A stretch of 52,866 nt of DNA from a virus (taxonomy: Duplodnaviria > Caudoviricetes). Position 1 is the stretch's first letter, and each line of letters starts with the position of its first letter. The position numbers were made by a program, and so were the translations under genes. Location of the stretch: positions 1-52,866 of the IMG/VR virus record IMGVR_UViG_3300007960_000032. One strand, 5' to 3'. The notes under the pieces are model-generated. The model saw only the letters and a list, made by a program, of their open reading frames with translations. It did not search any database and was not told where the DNA came from. Of the stretch, positions 28,101 through 38,800 are shown one piece after another.

Positions 28101-31100
28101 TATGGTGGAATACATACGCTTCACCAGCATCTGTAATAACTGTGCTATCAAGGTCAGGTACATCTGCATACGGTGCACCAATAACCAGTGTCTCGCCTGC
28201 TGTGTCTGAATCAATACTAAATCCAAACTCATCTCCTGCCATTGAATCACTGCCAGTAATAGTGTCTACTAGCACATAGTGACTGTTCTGTCTAATTACA
28301 ATGTCCAATCCGTTAGCAGGAGCGGTAGTAAATGTTAGCACTGCACCACTTAGGGTGTAATCTAAATATGGGATATACTGCTTGTCGTCTTCGTCAACAA
28401 CATGAATGCTGTATATGCTACTTGGCGTAAAGCCAAGTGTATAGTTTGTTTCTGATCCAGTACCAGCAACTGTTTCTGTGTATTCATTGTCTGTGCCAAC
28501 ATTAACCAATGTGTAGCAATAAACAGTGTTTGTGCCTGGTGCTGTTGCAAACAAGTATCTATCGTTTTTACTAATAGCTACCTTAAAGCCAAACTTATCT
28601 GCGCCTGCGGGACTAGCAATTCTTAAATTCTGTTTGATCTCATAAAGTCCACTGGGTGATCTCTTGTAAATTACAACAAATCCCTGACTGCTATCACTAG
28701 CCGGCGCCCCTACTGCTAACCATACATTACCAGCAGCAACTGAAGTACCAAATTCAGATATATCGTTACCAATAGTCACTGGCACTAGCGTAGAAGCAGG
28801 ATTATAAATTCCATTTTCGTCTTTTAAGTATGGATAAACAACACCATTGCCCTGGTTTGGTGCACCAGAAACAACTGATAGTTCGTCATCAGCAACAGCA
28901 ATACTATAACCATTGTTGGCATTGCCAGAACTTTCAATGTTGTAGATTAGTTTGTCAAAATCCCAGGGCTCTTGTTTTTTAAACGCTGCCCAGTTCTGAT
29001 TTTCATCGTAGTCAATCCATACAATTTCGTTTTCATCCCAGCCATAAAGCGGAGTAGTATCAGCAATACTTGATAGATTGGTGAAGCGTGAGCTTACTAG
29101 TTTAAAAATAGGTAACCTAAGATTTGTTATATCATCTATTTCTAGTTCACCAACACTTATGTTAAATGTTCTAGGCGAGTCAACACTGTCAACAAACTTA
29201 AATCCACGCACAACTTGGTTACTTGTTTTAATAAGAACAATGTCGTTCTCAACAAGTCCGTGGTTAGCAGTAGTTGTTAGTGTGATAAACCCATTTGCGT
29301 CTTGCTTTGCTTCGCTGACTTCCACACCAATTTCTGTAACTCTGTATACATTCCAATCAAAGTCGTTCTTGGCTGTCCAAATTGTTGCGCCGCGACCAAT
29401 GCGATCTATGTTAGCATCAAGTGACGCAATATTGTTTAAATCAAATAATGTGTAATTTACGTCATCAAGTCTTGGATGTCCGGCACCAACAATGTCTGTT
29501 TTCTTAGCATTTGTGTCTCTGGTAAGGAAGATGTTTTTGCTAAAGTTGTTGGGTAACTTATGGATATCCTTCTTTTTAAATGTATAATAATCTGAATCTG
29601 CTGTGTCGCCGTTATCTAACAGTTGAACCACTGTTTGATTTTCCTGTGCACGAGCTTCATCAATGATTAGTTCAATGACCTGATTACTGTCAATGCTGCC
29701 GTATTCGCCAACTCTGAAGCCCCACTCTTCGTAGAAGTTAATTTCTTGATCTAAGTTATTGAGATCAGCACCAATTAATTTGTCAATAGCGTTGGGTGTG
29801 CCCTTGGTCTTAATCATGCCCTGATAGAACTTGACCTGACTAACGTCATCCAATCCAAGTTGATCCAGGTAATCTCTTTTTCTAAATCCAATCTGTCCTT
29901 TGGCTGCAATATCAACACTATCTTCAAGATTACTTTCATTAAAGTCATAGAACTTGTTGAATCTATCAGCTTTTTGTGTTAAGTTTGGCAACATGCCAGT
30001 CTTCATGTCATCCACTGGGCGCCAGTCTTTGAAGTCAAACTTAGACTTTCCTTCGTGATTATCTTTTGCAACATATAATTTTGTGTTGTGACTTACTACA
30101 TCAGCTTTTTTATAATCAGTGTTTTGATGCCAAATGTCAAAATTATTTCTGTTAATAATAAATCCAGGAGCGTGTAATGTGCCATTCCAACCACCTGACT
30201 TAGAGCCAATAAATTTAACTCGGGCCTGTCTGTTTCCTAGTTCAGGCTGATAAATGATGTCATTAAAGATTGTTGTGTTGTCTAACACAATGTAATGTTC
30301 GTATTGGATTGGATCAACTTGTGCTGCATAAAGATAGTTTTTACTGTCATCAACTGTGATAGTAGTTCTGTTGTCAATTCTTTCTACATTATATTGTGTT
30401 GCTCTAATTGCTTCACCATCAGTATTTTTAAGTGATCCGGTTTTACTTAAATCATCGATAGTGGTTAATGCTCTGTCGACCACCAGTGTTTCATAAGCAG
30501 GACTTGCACCAAACACTGAGTTATTGCCCCAGCCTTGCTGTGTCCAGAACAAGAATTCTGAAACAGTGTTCTCAAAGTCAACTGTACTGCCAGCACTGTT
30601 AACAGTTTCAAATTTAAATCCTTTAACTTTTAAATATCTTGAATAAGCAACTAGGAAGTCGCAAACCTGTTGAACACTAGAAATAACAGTGCCATAAGGA
30701 ATGCTTGTAATATAGTTTTGACTGTCTGCATAAACTACTGTGCTAGTATTTCCCACTGTAATTATTGTTTGCTTGTCACTGCGAAGACTAGGAACAATTT
30801 TAAAGAAAGGATTCTTTGAATCATAACCGCGTATCTCGTACCCAAGCGGTCTTTTAATAATACTCACACCACTGTAAAATACTCGCTCCAGTGGGGTACT
30901 CTTATTAAGATAAATCTTCATGTTTTCGTCTGGAATAAAGATATTATTGCCAGTGCTTGATGGGCTAGTAGACTCAATGATCATCTTGGACAATGATAAG
31001 TCAGTAAAGCCTCCAACAGGATACATTAGTTTAAGTTTTAGATTTTGTACTGTTGACTTTAAAGTTTCTAGACTTAAATTCTTGTACTTGTAGAAATTAG

Positions 31101-34100
31101 CAATAAACTGGTTATACCCTTCAACTCTATCAACAGTTGTTGAGTTCGCAGAAGTCAATCCGTTAACTTTAAAGTCAGCAATATTAGGTCTATAGCTCTT
31201 GTAACGACGAAGAATTTGATCATACTCTGCACTATACTCAAATAGATTGGTATCCCAGAGCAAGGTCATGTACTTGGCTGGACGTTTTAGAGCAGCAATA
31301 ATCTGCATTGCAAACGGCCACTCGCTGCTTCGTCTCCAAGCTGTTTCTACAGGAGCATAATCACCAATTCTCCAACTTCTTTCTGTGTTAGTGGATAGCG
31401 CACCTTTAGTTAAAAACTGGTTAGGAGCAAGAAGTTGGCCTTGTTCGTTGGTTGGAATAATGTTTGTTAAGCCAGGGCGCACACGATATGGATCAACAGT
31501 AAATGTTGCGTTTCTTCCTGCTGCATTATAAATTTTACCAGCTTCTAGGTCTTCCCAGAGAACACGGTTACCGCGAGTATATGGCGCGGCACCATAGCGT
31601 TGATCCCACCAGTCTGGCTTCTGATAAATGCCCAGCATTTCCCAGGGAGTTAGATGCGGTGTTTCAGTGTCATAAATCCACTTGTAAATGCCTCTCCAGA
31701 ACCCTGGCATACGTGAGTCGCTGTCAACAGTAGTGGCATTACTGTAATTCCAGGTAAAAGAATTATTCACTTCATGAATAGTGTTTGTAGTAATATCTAC
31801 AGCATTTTTATATGCCCAACTTGAAATGTATTGTGCATAAATCTGTGTTGTTTGCTCTAGGTCAGCAAAAGTGCTTCTGAAATAACCCGGAACTACTTCA
31901 GCAAGATCAAATGTAGCTGGATCATACTGAGTTTTTATGTTGTTATACACACGCTTTTCAAACTCAATTAATATGTTATCTCTGCGATCCTTATACGCAA
32001 TCCAGCGACTGCCGTCATGACCCTGGATAACAGGAGTATAGTTTGCATATTCAGTATATGCATCACTGTTCACTGCACCGTGGCTCTGTGTAGATGCTGG
32101 CATATAAAATAATCTGTCACTGCCTACAAACTTATGTGGATGAGCTTCACCACTAACGTCTGCTGCTTGCGCAGAAGCTAATGTTGTGTATAATGGATAA
32201 AACCAACCACTAACCCCTTGTGCTCGCTGTTCATATCTTGAATCTGCGGTAGCATACAATTTAAACGGACCAGTGCCAGTGCTTGTACCAGTCTGGTAAG
32301 TGTCATCAAGCGTAATAGCAGGTTGGAACTTAGGGTATAAACCCATCTTTGTGGGTGTTGGTGGAACAAAACTACCATCCGTATTTGAGTATTCGATAAT
32401 CTCAATGATGTCACCAATAGATAAAGAGACCGCTGTGTTTAGTGTAACAGCAGGCTCAACAGTATCAAAAGTATAATCAAGACCCTCGGTTAATTGTGTC
32501 TTGTTTGTATTGCTCTCTGTAAGGTAAACGATAACACCACGATTACTAATTTCTGTTAAGTCGAACTGAGTGGTGAACTCAAACACTCGTTCAGTTGTTT
32601 GATCTAATGTGTATGTTGTAGTCGATGTCTGACTTCCCCAGGGCAACATATCGGAATAGTAGAAAGGAAACTCACTGGTTTTTACGCCAGCCATAAATGT
32701 TAGGATAGTGTCTAGTGCAGTCTCTGGACTTCTTAAATCAATGTCAAGTTGATTAACATTGTCAATCAATCTATTCTTAAATCTGGTATATTCCTCCATG
32801 CTAAATCTCATGGACTCAATCAAGTTATTGCTTTCCTGAGCTAGCAAGAAGTGCGGAAGAGTTACACCAGCACTGTGCTGCTGAATCTTTCCAGGATATT
32901 TTTTATAGTCAAGATCTCTTGCATTGTTTGTACCCAGGCTGTTTCCAGTAAAGGTTGGAATTTCTCTGGTAATATCAACAAAGTGATTTCGTAATTGTCC
33001 TAGTGTTAGACTAGCAAAGTCATCATTGTTAGCATTGTTCTCAAGGTTTGCAGGAGTTTCATAAAACCCCAGTGGTGTTATACTGTCGCTGTAAACTCTA
33101 ATAAGAACAACGTCATCCTGTGCAAGTGGTGCGATAAAGCTAATGTAATATTTGTCATTGGTTGTTAGTTGTACATACTTGTCAGTGGTTTGGAACACCC
33201 CGTTAACGAACACTTTTAATGTTACTTGGTTGACATCTGTTTTAGGCTGGGCGCCAATTTCAAAACTGTATAGTTCAGCATCAACAATGTATTGTACTTG
33301 CTGCCATTGTCTGCTTTCGCTGATTACTTTTGTCCACCCGTTCTTGAGTTCCCTGGTAACAACACCAGCAATCTCAGTATTTCTATGAACATGACCACTT
33401 CTAATAATAACATCTACAGCACCAACGTCACTCTTTGTGTAAGTGAAAGTATCAGTAACATAGTTATTATCAAACAATATGTCGCCAACATTGTTGATGT
33501 TTTTATAACTTAGTCCAAATCCCAATATAGTGTCTGCGCTAGCGGCTGTGTTTTTCTTATAACTAAACAATTTGCTACCAGCAAATGCAGTACTTGGATA
33601 CTTGGTTGTATCACTAAAACTAACATGCTGTGGATCAAATATATCAAACAATGGCTCTTGGTTAACAGATGTTTTTTGTTGCGCTGTAGTCCAAGAATTA
33701 GTTAAACTAGTGTAGTAATATACCTTGCCCTGATTATTTCCACCTAAAGTGCTTAGTAGACAATCGCCGTCCCCTACTGTACCAACAAGTGTTAGGTTGA
33801 TGATTGGATCAGTCTGTGTGTCGCTATCCTGATCAATATAACTTACCTGGTAAATGTTCTGTTTGATGTCTGGGTCAGCCGTAAAGCAAATAGTTAACCC
33901 TGGTGTTAAATTAACGCCGTCTGAAAAATATCCGATCTTGCCATTAACGTTACTAAATGCGTCTGTTTGTGTTGTATCTACAACGCTAACCGGAGTTTGA
34001 CTGGTAACGCCCATGTTGAAAAGTTTTAACCCAGCATCAAATTCGATGATAGGACGTTTTGCACGTTGATTGTCGTCAATAACTGTAGTAAAATTATTGT

Positions 34101-35847
34101 AAGCGGCAGTTGCTGTAAGAACTGAACGGTGGAACCAACGGTTGCCGCGGCTCCAAGCATTTAAGTCTGGGCTTGCACGGTTAATAACAATATAATCCTG
34201 TGTTATTGGACTGTTTAATGATGCTTCAAATCCACCAACATCAAAGTTCTCTGAATCATAGGGTTCTACTTCACTAATCGCATATGTTTCTGGTGTCACC
34301 AAGGAGGTTTCAGCAACAAGTCTAATACTAGTTCCTACACCCTCAACATAGTAAATATTATTTTGATAACTTGCCGGGGTAACACTTGAGTCAAACTCAA
34401 TTTTAAGGCCATTAGTGAACACTACACCATTAGGACTGGTGTATGTTGACATGCCAATTATTTCCTGATCAACATCAATAGTAGTGCTTGCGCCTTGATC
34501 TACTAGAAGAATTCTACCAAATCTAGTTGCATCCTGGCCATCCTGATAAAAGAACTCAGTTTGACTAGCAGTAATATGTGGAATTAGCTCAAGTTGTCCG
34601 CTTGCATTTTTCCAGAGTTCGCGGTTAGCGTAAACACTACCCTGTTTAACTTTTACTTTGTTGCCTGATGTAATATCTTGAATTTTACTTAATACAATAG
34701 TTTCAACACCAGCAATAGTTTGGATTGCAATTTTAAAAACACTGTATCTGTCAGCAAGTGATAATGACACTGTTGGGTCAAATGTTCCATCGCTGCCTTC
34801 AGTAGCACCGCTATCAAATGCGTGACCATCATAAGGTGCGCCAGCATTCCAGTCTCTTTCGTCTAAACTCTGGTTAGCAAACACCAGTGTTTTACCATCG
34901 AATTCTGTTAATCCGTCGAGTCCAGTTGAGTATGTCGCTAGGAAAGCACTCAATACCTGATTGTGAATATCTTTGTATGGCAAATCTGTAGCAAAATCAA
35001 CTTCTGCGTCAACAGTCATACTTGTAAAGCGGTCCTGGTCGTCTGCTAGTGGCACACGCCAAGTAACAGTTCCGTCGTCCTCGCCATTATTAACTACTCC
35101 GATAACATCTCTGGTGCTGATATTTTTCTGTGATACGCTTACACCAGAATTTCCTGATTCAGTTTGAATCCAAAAAGGTATACCAGGCTGATCAACTTTA
35201 AATGTATATTCACCGCCGCGAGCCAAGTATAAAACTGGGTTAGGAGTAGAGCTAGCATCATCAAACCTATAATTAAATCCACCAGTGTTGGCTGCGTCTG
35301 TTCTCTCGTCGTACTTGCTTTCGTCATATGCTGTAGTGTCGTATGCAATTTGACCGTAGGTTGTTCCTTCTCTAAGTACCGTAAAGTCTTGAGTTGTATC
35401 AACTTCGTTTGCAAAAACCTGAACACTATCTGGACCACTGGGCAACCAAAAATATTCGCCATAGTTAATTAACTTGTCTAAATCAACAAACCCACTCCAG
35501 TTGTAATACTGCTGTCTATAAAGACTGTCTTGGTTTGCAGTGGATCCGTTGTTGTATCTAATAGTATTGAGTGCGTCATTAATACTGCTCACACTCTGAA
35601 TAGTACCATTGACATCTTCATATACCACACCGGGCTCAAGCTGGTAGTTCTGTCTGAACGCTGAAGATTCAACTAGATAGTTGTCACCCTTTTGAAAGTT
35701 TTCAGCACTCTTCCTGCCAATAAAGCCATTGACTTTTATTTTATTGTCTTCGCTGATTAATTGGTCAACTGTGGCATTTAAAAATTTAGAGTTTTTACTG
35801 GTACGGAATACTTCAGGTAATAACTGTTGCGCTTTTCTTGTAGCCAT
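22168..35847 (-). CDS. Giant (4559 aa) baseplate wedge/structural protein with FG-GAP-like beta-propeller repeats
   Basis: Uninterrupted 13.7 kb ORF coupled to the gp6-like gene (TAATG). Multiple FG.SV...L.VGAP repeats, EVKPYHT motif, G.G(F/Y)T..P.IT repeats. Position is equivalent to T4 gp7. Confidence 0.8.
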   Translation of the reverse strand: MATRKAQQLLPEVFRTSKNSKFLNATVDQLISEDNKIKVNGFIGRKSAENFQKGDNYLVESSAFRQNYQLEPGVVYEDVNGTIQSVSSINDALNTIRYNNGSTANQDSLYRQQYYNWSGFVDLDKLINYGEYFWLPSGPDSVQVFANEVDTTQDFTVLREGTTYGQIAYDTTAYDESKYDERTDAANTGGFNYRFDDASSTPNPVLYLARGGEYTFKVDQPGIPFWIQTESGNSGVSVSQKNISTRDVIGVVNNGEDDGTVTWRVPLADDQDRFTSMTVDAEVDFATDLPYKDIHNQVLSAFLATYSTGLDGLTEFDGKTLVFANQSLDERDWNAGAPYDGHAFDSGATEGSDGTFDPTVSLSLADRYSVFKIAIQTIAGVETIVLSKIQDITSGNKVKVKQGSVYANRELWKNASGQLELIPHITASQTEFFYQDGQDATRFGRILLVDQGASTTIDVDQEIIGMSTYTSPNGVVFTNGLKIEFDSSVTPASYQNNIYYVEGVGTSIRLVAETSLVTPETYAISEVEPYDSENFDVGGFEASLNSPITQDYIVINRASPDLNAWSRGNRWFHRSVLTATAAYNNFTTVIDDNQRAKRPIIEFDAGLKLFNMGVTSQTPVSVVDTTQTDAFSNVNGKIGYFSDGVNLTPGLTICFTADPDIKQNIYQVSYIDQDSDTQTDPIINLTLVGTVGDGDCLLSTLGGNNQGKVYYYTSLTNSWTTAQQKTSVNQEPLFDIFDPQHVSFSDTTKYPSTAFAGSKLFSYKKNTAASADTILGFGLSYKNINNVGDILFDNNYVTDTFTYTKSDVGAVDVIIRSGHVHRNTEIAGVVTRELKNGWTKVISESRQWQQVQYIVDAELYSFEIGAQPKTDVNQVTLKVFVNGVFQTTDKYVQLTTNDKYYISFIAPLAQDDVVLIRVYSDSITPLGFYETPANLENNANNDDFASLTLGQLRNHFVDITREIPTFTGNSLGTNNARDLDYKKYPGKIQQHSAGVTLPHFLLAQESNNLIESMRFSMEEYTRFKNRLIDNVNQLDIDLRSPETALDTILTFMAGVKTSEFPFYYSDMLPWGSQTSTTTYTLDQTTERVFEFTTQFDLTEISNRGVIVYLTESNTNKTQLTEGLDYTFDTVEPAVTLNTAVSLSIGDIIEIIEYSNTDGSFVPPTPTKMGLYPKFQPAITLDDTYQTGTSTGTGPFKLYATADSRYEQRAQGVSGWFYPLYTTLASAQAADVSGEAHPHKFVGSDRLFYMPASTQSHGAVNSDAYTEYANYTPVIQGHDGSRWIAYKDRRDNILIEFEKRVYNNIKTQYDPATFDLAEVVPGYFRSTFADLEQTTQIYAQYISSWAYKNAVDITTNTIHEVNNSFTWNYSNATTVDSDSRMPGFWRGIYKWIYDTETPHLTPWEMLGIYQKPDWWDQRYGAAPYTRGNRVLWEDLEAGKIYNAAGRNATFTVDPYRVRPGLTNIIPTNEQGQLLAPNQFLTKGALSTNTERSWRIGDYAPVETAWRRSSEWPFAMQIIAALKRPAKYMTLLWDTNLFEYSAEYDQILRRYKSYRPNIADFKVNGLTSANSTTVDRVEGYNQFIANFYKYKNLSLETLKSTVQNLKLKLMYPVGGFTDLSLSKMIIESTSPSSTGNNIFIPDENMKIYLNKSTPLERVFYSGVSIIKRPLGYEIRGYDSKNPFFKIVPSLRSDKQTIITVGNTSTVVYADSQNYITSIPYGTVISSVQQVCDFLVAYSRYLKVKGFKFETVNSAGSTVDFENTVSEFLFWTQQGWGNNSVFGASPAYETLVVDRALTTIDDLSKTGSLKNTDGEAIRATQYNVERIDNRTTITVDDSKNYLYAAQVDPIQYEHYIVLDNTTIFNDIIYQPELGNRQARVKFIGSKSGGWNGTLHAPGFIINRNNFDIWHQNTDYKKADVVSHNTKLYVAKDNHEGKSKFDFKDWRPVDDMKTGMLPNLTQKADRFNKFYDFNESNLEDSVDIAAKGQIGFRKRDYLDQLGLDDVSQVKFYQGMIKTKGTPNAIDKLIGADLNNLDQEINFYEEWGFRVGEYGSIDSNQVIELIIDEARAQENQTVVQLLDNGDTADSDYYTFKKKDIHKLPNNFSKNIFLTRDTNAKKTDIVGAGHPRLDDVNYTLFDLNNIASLDANIDRIGRGATIWTAKNDFDWNVYRVTEIGVEVSEAKQDANGFITLTTTANHGLVENDIVLIKTSNQVVRGFKFVDSVDSPRTFNISVGELEIDDITNLRLPIFKLVSSRFTNLSSIADTTPLYGWDENEIVWIDYDENQNWAAFKKQEPWDFDKLIYNIESSGNANNGYSIAVADDELSVVSGAPNQGNGVVYPYLKDENGIYNPASTLVPVTIGNDISEFGTSVAAGNVWLAVGAPASDSSQGFVVIYKRSPSGLYEIKQNLRIASPAGADKFGFKVAISKNDRYLFATAPGTNTVYCYTLVNVGTDNEYTETVAGTGSETNYTLGFTPSSIYSIHVVDEDDKQYIPYLDYTLSGAVLTFTTAPANGLDIVIRQNSHYVLVDTITGSDSMAGDEFGFSIDSDTAGETLVIGAPYADVPDLDSTVITDAGEAYVFHHIAEKFTANGTDYQFTTSNTLPSNFYVEVDGVEQVATSGSFGGFDSDSSANRYTVSGNTISFRYIPTSGSVVKIYTGNFVEMQRLNQLSTGNQPTDNENFGYSVGIDAYGAIVAVGGPGEDELNPNTGSASIFIDEGLRFGSVTTASTDASTFSAQFDSIFIDDYEITIALNDSADATTLAGEINNAAITTVSAVAVGTTNLTITGSAGVVNKKLKVRPGTGTTFQTLAQVEPFKFTQKINHPLLAENENFGRVIAFDKHIPINAVAEQRMVISSDRASTELRMGMDRDTVTTSSTYNEFTTTFDADSTKFIDRVTQSGAAYIYDLLDSSATPGVPQSIANPPKFAFGQQMQNTQIDELDQFGGSMVLSRTKLFVGSPTDDVWASNAGSFYYFQNTNNDSTWLKTRVQTPKVDPTVINRIVTYNKVNNEIIDFVDTVDIFKNKLPGLAQQELDYILPIDPATYNVSSTPDAVTFSQTGGWNNEKIGRVWWDLSTCRVIEYEQGDIDYRVQHWNQFFPGSSIDIYEWTESDVPPSQHTDSGLPGTPKFTDDSNYSTSLRYNSSTNTTVTKYYYWVTGLNGFPNDERRQLSTESVRQLIENPISTGGKYLSIVAQNTFVLNNMVDSFADKNTVVSINYDVVKNEGILHTEFDLVSEGDPAQAIPPRIQSKLIDSLAGADLTGAVVPDTTLSIGERYGINTRPRQTMFEDRQQALKTFIDYCNKVFKTTPIARQYTLDTLFLSDPVPTKASGAWDKKVADITTRDFLNKLTFAIGYKVLVNSDSTVGGDWTIYELRATSTGLRYWFLLRVQGYNTSRYWNYSNWYATGFDSTTIPTYTVATEPDLARLTASTNELAKVRSNDDGNFSFFQYTDTGVWQEVIIENGTIELKSTIYDYANAASGSYIGFDSGVFDFEKFDRVPHQEVRNIATAIFTDIFKDNLASKRNELFFRMVEFSMHELHSSGLDWLIKTSFLKVLHKVRNLSQYPTYQLDNSTFIEEFINEVKPYHTNIREYTAKYDGDDQFQGDVTDFDLHAFYDSSTGYFRKYSGDFAGDEVSRTTGNTVDKPWADNYSYYLDSVVIYAAGTGFTDNPVITVSAPDLESGTQATVTAVTNGDSIIRVRVTNKGSGYTKTPTITVKGNGTGLRLLPRIKNDTIREFDTTIKFDRITYSSTVLDWAANTAYNYLDLVSYNNPNTGKQDVYQVNVSGGFTSGTTFSVEDTTGAVALVVYDGANLASAADRIAAYYAPTAGMIGDDLSLLQSGTDYLGNKVSGIGFDREPGFDEASFDNLGFDDFDVDANGLTVLSGASALDTTISSTFTDIALGTRPEDINVDGGGFVDVYSSHAPEEVVPGIVFDNLDMEVYTDPSDDYAGDGNSFTTVSRVYTASGTQQTFSYAGSAQRDLVDYLVVYTGSTRVYDFTADYENRTVSLSSAPAANTNVYIYGYGVTGEKITYEQTFIGDASTVQFTLGINYTRYTQSLVLRDGISVAHTITDGTDGRIVLTTNDANPNGSLIHVIISNRAVDKAAFTYGETQEITLTSGTLIYNLTESFTGFSNPRTGNAIVELNGTRLRPANAEYYTLDGSTLAYRTPVTAGETVANVATGDIQVTRIDAATNITYNLLNVQDYTVTSQEDVDSTLYYRINLLSAYNSGDTLIVSVANANEYFINSSNEIRLGSGVIFATNDKLHVTSFNNYDPLRVHTKVYIGTGSQVTQTIDDFDNSGFDSVGFDLLAQGGQAVNKFVLDRIPTNTNNLWVTLDGVRLHAGDYNIDENGRLDLTSQSLTVTSEIIVTHFSERNIEPTVGYRMVNDMLGNYEYFRLCTDGATKLTQEVKPTDTKIYVQDASKLPQPSPNSNKPGVVYVGNERITYWSIDYTNNYITQIRRATNGTRFAGTHLIGTEVYDTTDAQRLPATNTHTQTWYTAGVSTAADGNGIQSATTTNANFLKACEAFVPNYLQEFQSPRYVVDGYVDEGYVADLDL

Positions 35848-38800
35848 TAGTAGTTAGAACCCCCAGTGATAGCTGTTGTTGTTGACGTTGAGTTGTTCGT
35901 CGTTGTTTCAATTACTGTTGCACTACCAGTGCTACTGACACTTTCGGTGGTAGTAATATCACTAGTGGTATTTACCACATTTCCACTTGCTTGGATTTGA
36001 GCGGCAGTAATAACATCAATTATCTCTACATCATTAACTGTGGCTGCACTAATAAAGATTTCATCTCTGCTACTCGCAATCTGGTACAAACTACCAAAGC
36101 CACTTGTACTGGATTTAGGAACAACAATAACACTCAATACATCAGGAGTTAGTGAGTTATGCAGGTATGCTGCAAGTTCACTGAAGTAAAATGTGTCCCC
36201 AAAGTCCCAGTTTTCTACTGCAAAGTATTTGTTAACTTGTTCAATAATACGGGCTTTAATTTCGTTATCACTGATTAATGTTGCTGTATTCTTTACTACT
36301 TTAAACGTTGCTTGCAATTCTGTGTCTGCCTTGTCACCAAATAATGGACGGTATTTTACACTGTTAAACACAATAGCATCACTGACACTCTTGTAATTTT
36401 CCAGATCACCGTATGCATCTCTTAATTCGTTTGTGCTTGGCTTTGTAGGCTTTGTTACTGTGCCTGTGATATCTGTAATCCAGTTTCTGTAGTCAGTGTC
36501 ATAAACTTTTGTTAACAAGAACAAATCAATAATGTTACTTGGGCTTGGGTCAATGCGTCTGTTGTTTGGACTGTTATGTGTGTACTGGAACAGTAGATTG
36601 TCTCTGCCAACCTTGGTTACATACTCTGTTGTCTGTGTTAAGATTTTCTGGTTAACACTGTTTACTGACAGAATGTAAAAACTACCAGTGCTGGATGCAT
36701 AAAAGATTTGTCCGCTACTGTATGTGTCTTTAACCGCAGTAATTGCAGTCAATGTAGTATAACTGCTTTCAACACTAGAGCTGACCACTGGCTCGTATCT
36801 GGTATAGCCACTGTTATCTAAATATGTTTTATAAAAAACAATTTTAGTTGATGATGAAGTATCAGGTGACACTACTACATCAAAAACATCTGGGTCATCG
36901 ATGACGCCGTCGCCGTCCTGGTCAGGGAATGTTACTTTAATTCGCTCTGTTAGAATATAGCCGTCATCTTCAATTACTGTGTCGTCTACATTCATAATAT
37001 AGTCCTGACCAAATGCAGTATTTGAATCTGGCAAACTGTTAACTTTGAGTATAACAATTTTATCTCTGATAGTTTTGCCTGTTCTTGGATCAAAGATTTT
37101 TAAGTCTTTGTCAAAGTAGAATCTTGTTTCAAGATAACTTTCAAAGATATACTCCAAACTTCTATGTGATACTGTATAAGTTTCACCATCGTTTGTGAAC
37201 AAGAACAACCAACTTGCATCCTGGTTTAATCCAGTTGTATCTCCAGCATTTTGTAAACTAAACGTTGTTGTTTGGTTAAGATTGGTTCCTGTAATAACTG
37301 TCCAGGCTTGTGTATCTTTGTCATACCTTAACCCAAAGGTTTTATAGTTACTGATATTGTCAATAATTGTTTGTCTAACAGTGCTAGTAAAACTGGTATT
37401 CCAGGGATAGATAATTTGTTCTAGTTGTGCAGTATTTGGGATAACTTCAGTGAGCGTTACTGGGCCCACGCCTGATGCTAGATTTCCTGCACCCTGGTTT
37501 GTTCCATCATTAAATAGGTTACTGCAACTTGTCCAGATATAACTTTTTGTGTTTAATGCACCAGAAACTCCAGGTATTAGATTATTGTTTACATCAAATA
37601 CATACCCTGTTGGGGCAGTAAACTTAGCAAGTGTTCCTTCTTTAAAGTACTTTAAGTTACTGCTGGTATAACTGCTGACAGTCTGTGGATTGCCGGTGCT
37701 ATTTTTAAGATATCCAGTGCAAACACCAGTGCCAATTGTTGTCTGATTCCAGGTAACACCAAGGCTACTTAAATCAATTCTTTCATAGTTTTCCAGAAAG
37801 TAATGATACATTGGTTTGGCTTGCATTACAGTTTCAACTCTGGTTGATAGTGTATTGCTGATGTCACTGTCAGTTACAAAGGTAAAGCTAAATGTAGGTC
37901 TGGTGTCTTCTCTATAAAATATTCCGTCCTCAGCAAAGATGTTGGTTGAGCTATACTTGCCAGTTGTATCTCTAACATCCAAGTAACGACTAACGCCACT
38001 GCTGGTTCTGTTAACTGCTTTACTCTTAATAACATTGTTATAACTAGTAAAAGGATAAATCTGATAGTCTTCACCAGTAACCATACGGTCCTGTGTGTAG
38101 TATTGCTGTTGTGCTCTAGCTTTAACATCGTTTAGGTTTTCTCTAGCACTAGCATTTGCTACAGTCTGTTTTAAACTCATGTTCACTGTAAGTGTTTCAA
38201 CCTGTGAACTATGACTTAGATACGGAATACTTAATGTAACATTGTCCATGTCTGCTGGGCTAATCTTATATGTAAATCCATTACCAACACGGAAATAAAC
38301 TCTGTAGTTACCTTTGGGAATATTTGAAAATACCCCGTCACCAAATACAAGACTAATTCTATCTGCACTACGGCTTTGTACGCTGTACAGTGTTTTAATG
38401 TCTTTGTTTAAGCTGTTAAAGATAGCATTGTTGCCAGTAACAGCAGGAATCTTTGTCCATCTAGTGCTTTCGCGACCATTGCTATCAAGTTCATATAACC
38501 ACACATCGTTGTTTTCAATTCCATTAACATCAACTTCAACAACACGGTTTGGTAATGCTTCATCAATACTAAAATCCAGTGTCTGTAATGTACCTTGTTT
38601 AAAGTAGAAGAAGAAGCCAGTGTTAACACTGTTAAATCCACGAGTGTCGTTTCTATAGATTGTATTAATAGTACTACCAGGTTTAGGTGGAACCTCGTAC
38701 AAATAATCTGTGCCACTGTAGGTACCGTTAACAATTTCAAAAGGAAACTCTTGTGTGCTCACATCGTTTCTAAAATCGTACACTGGGATGGTATTAGGCA

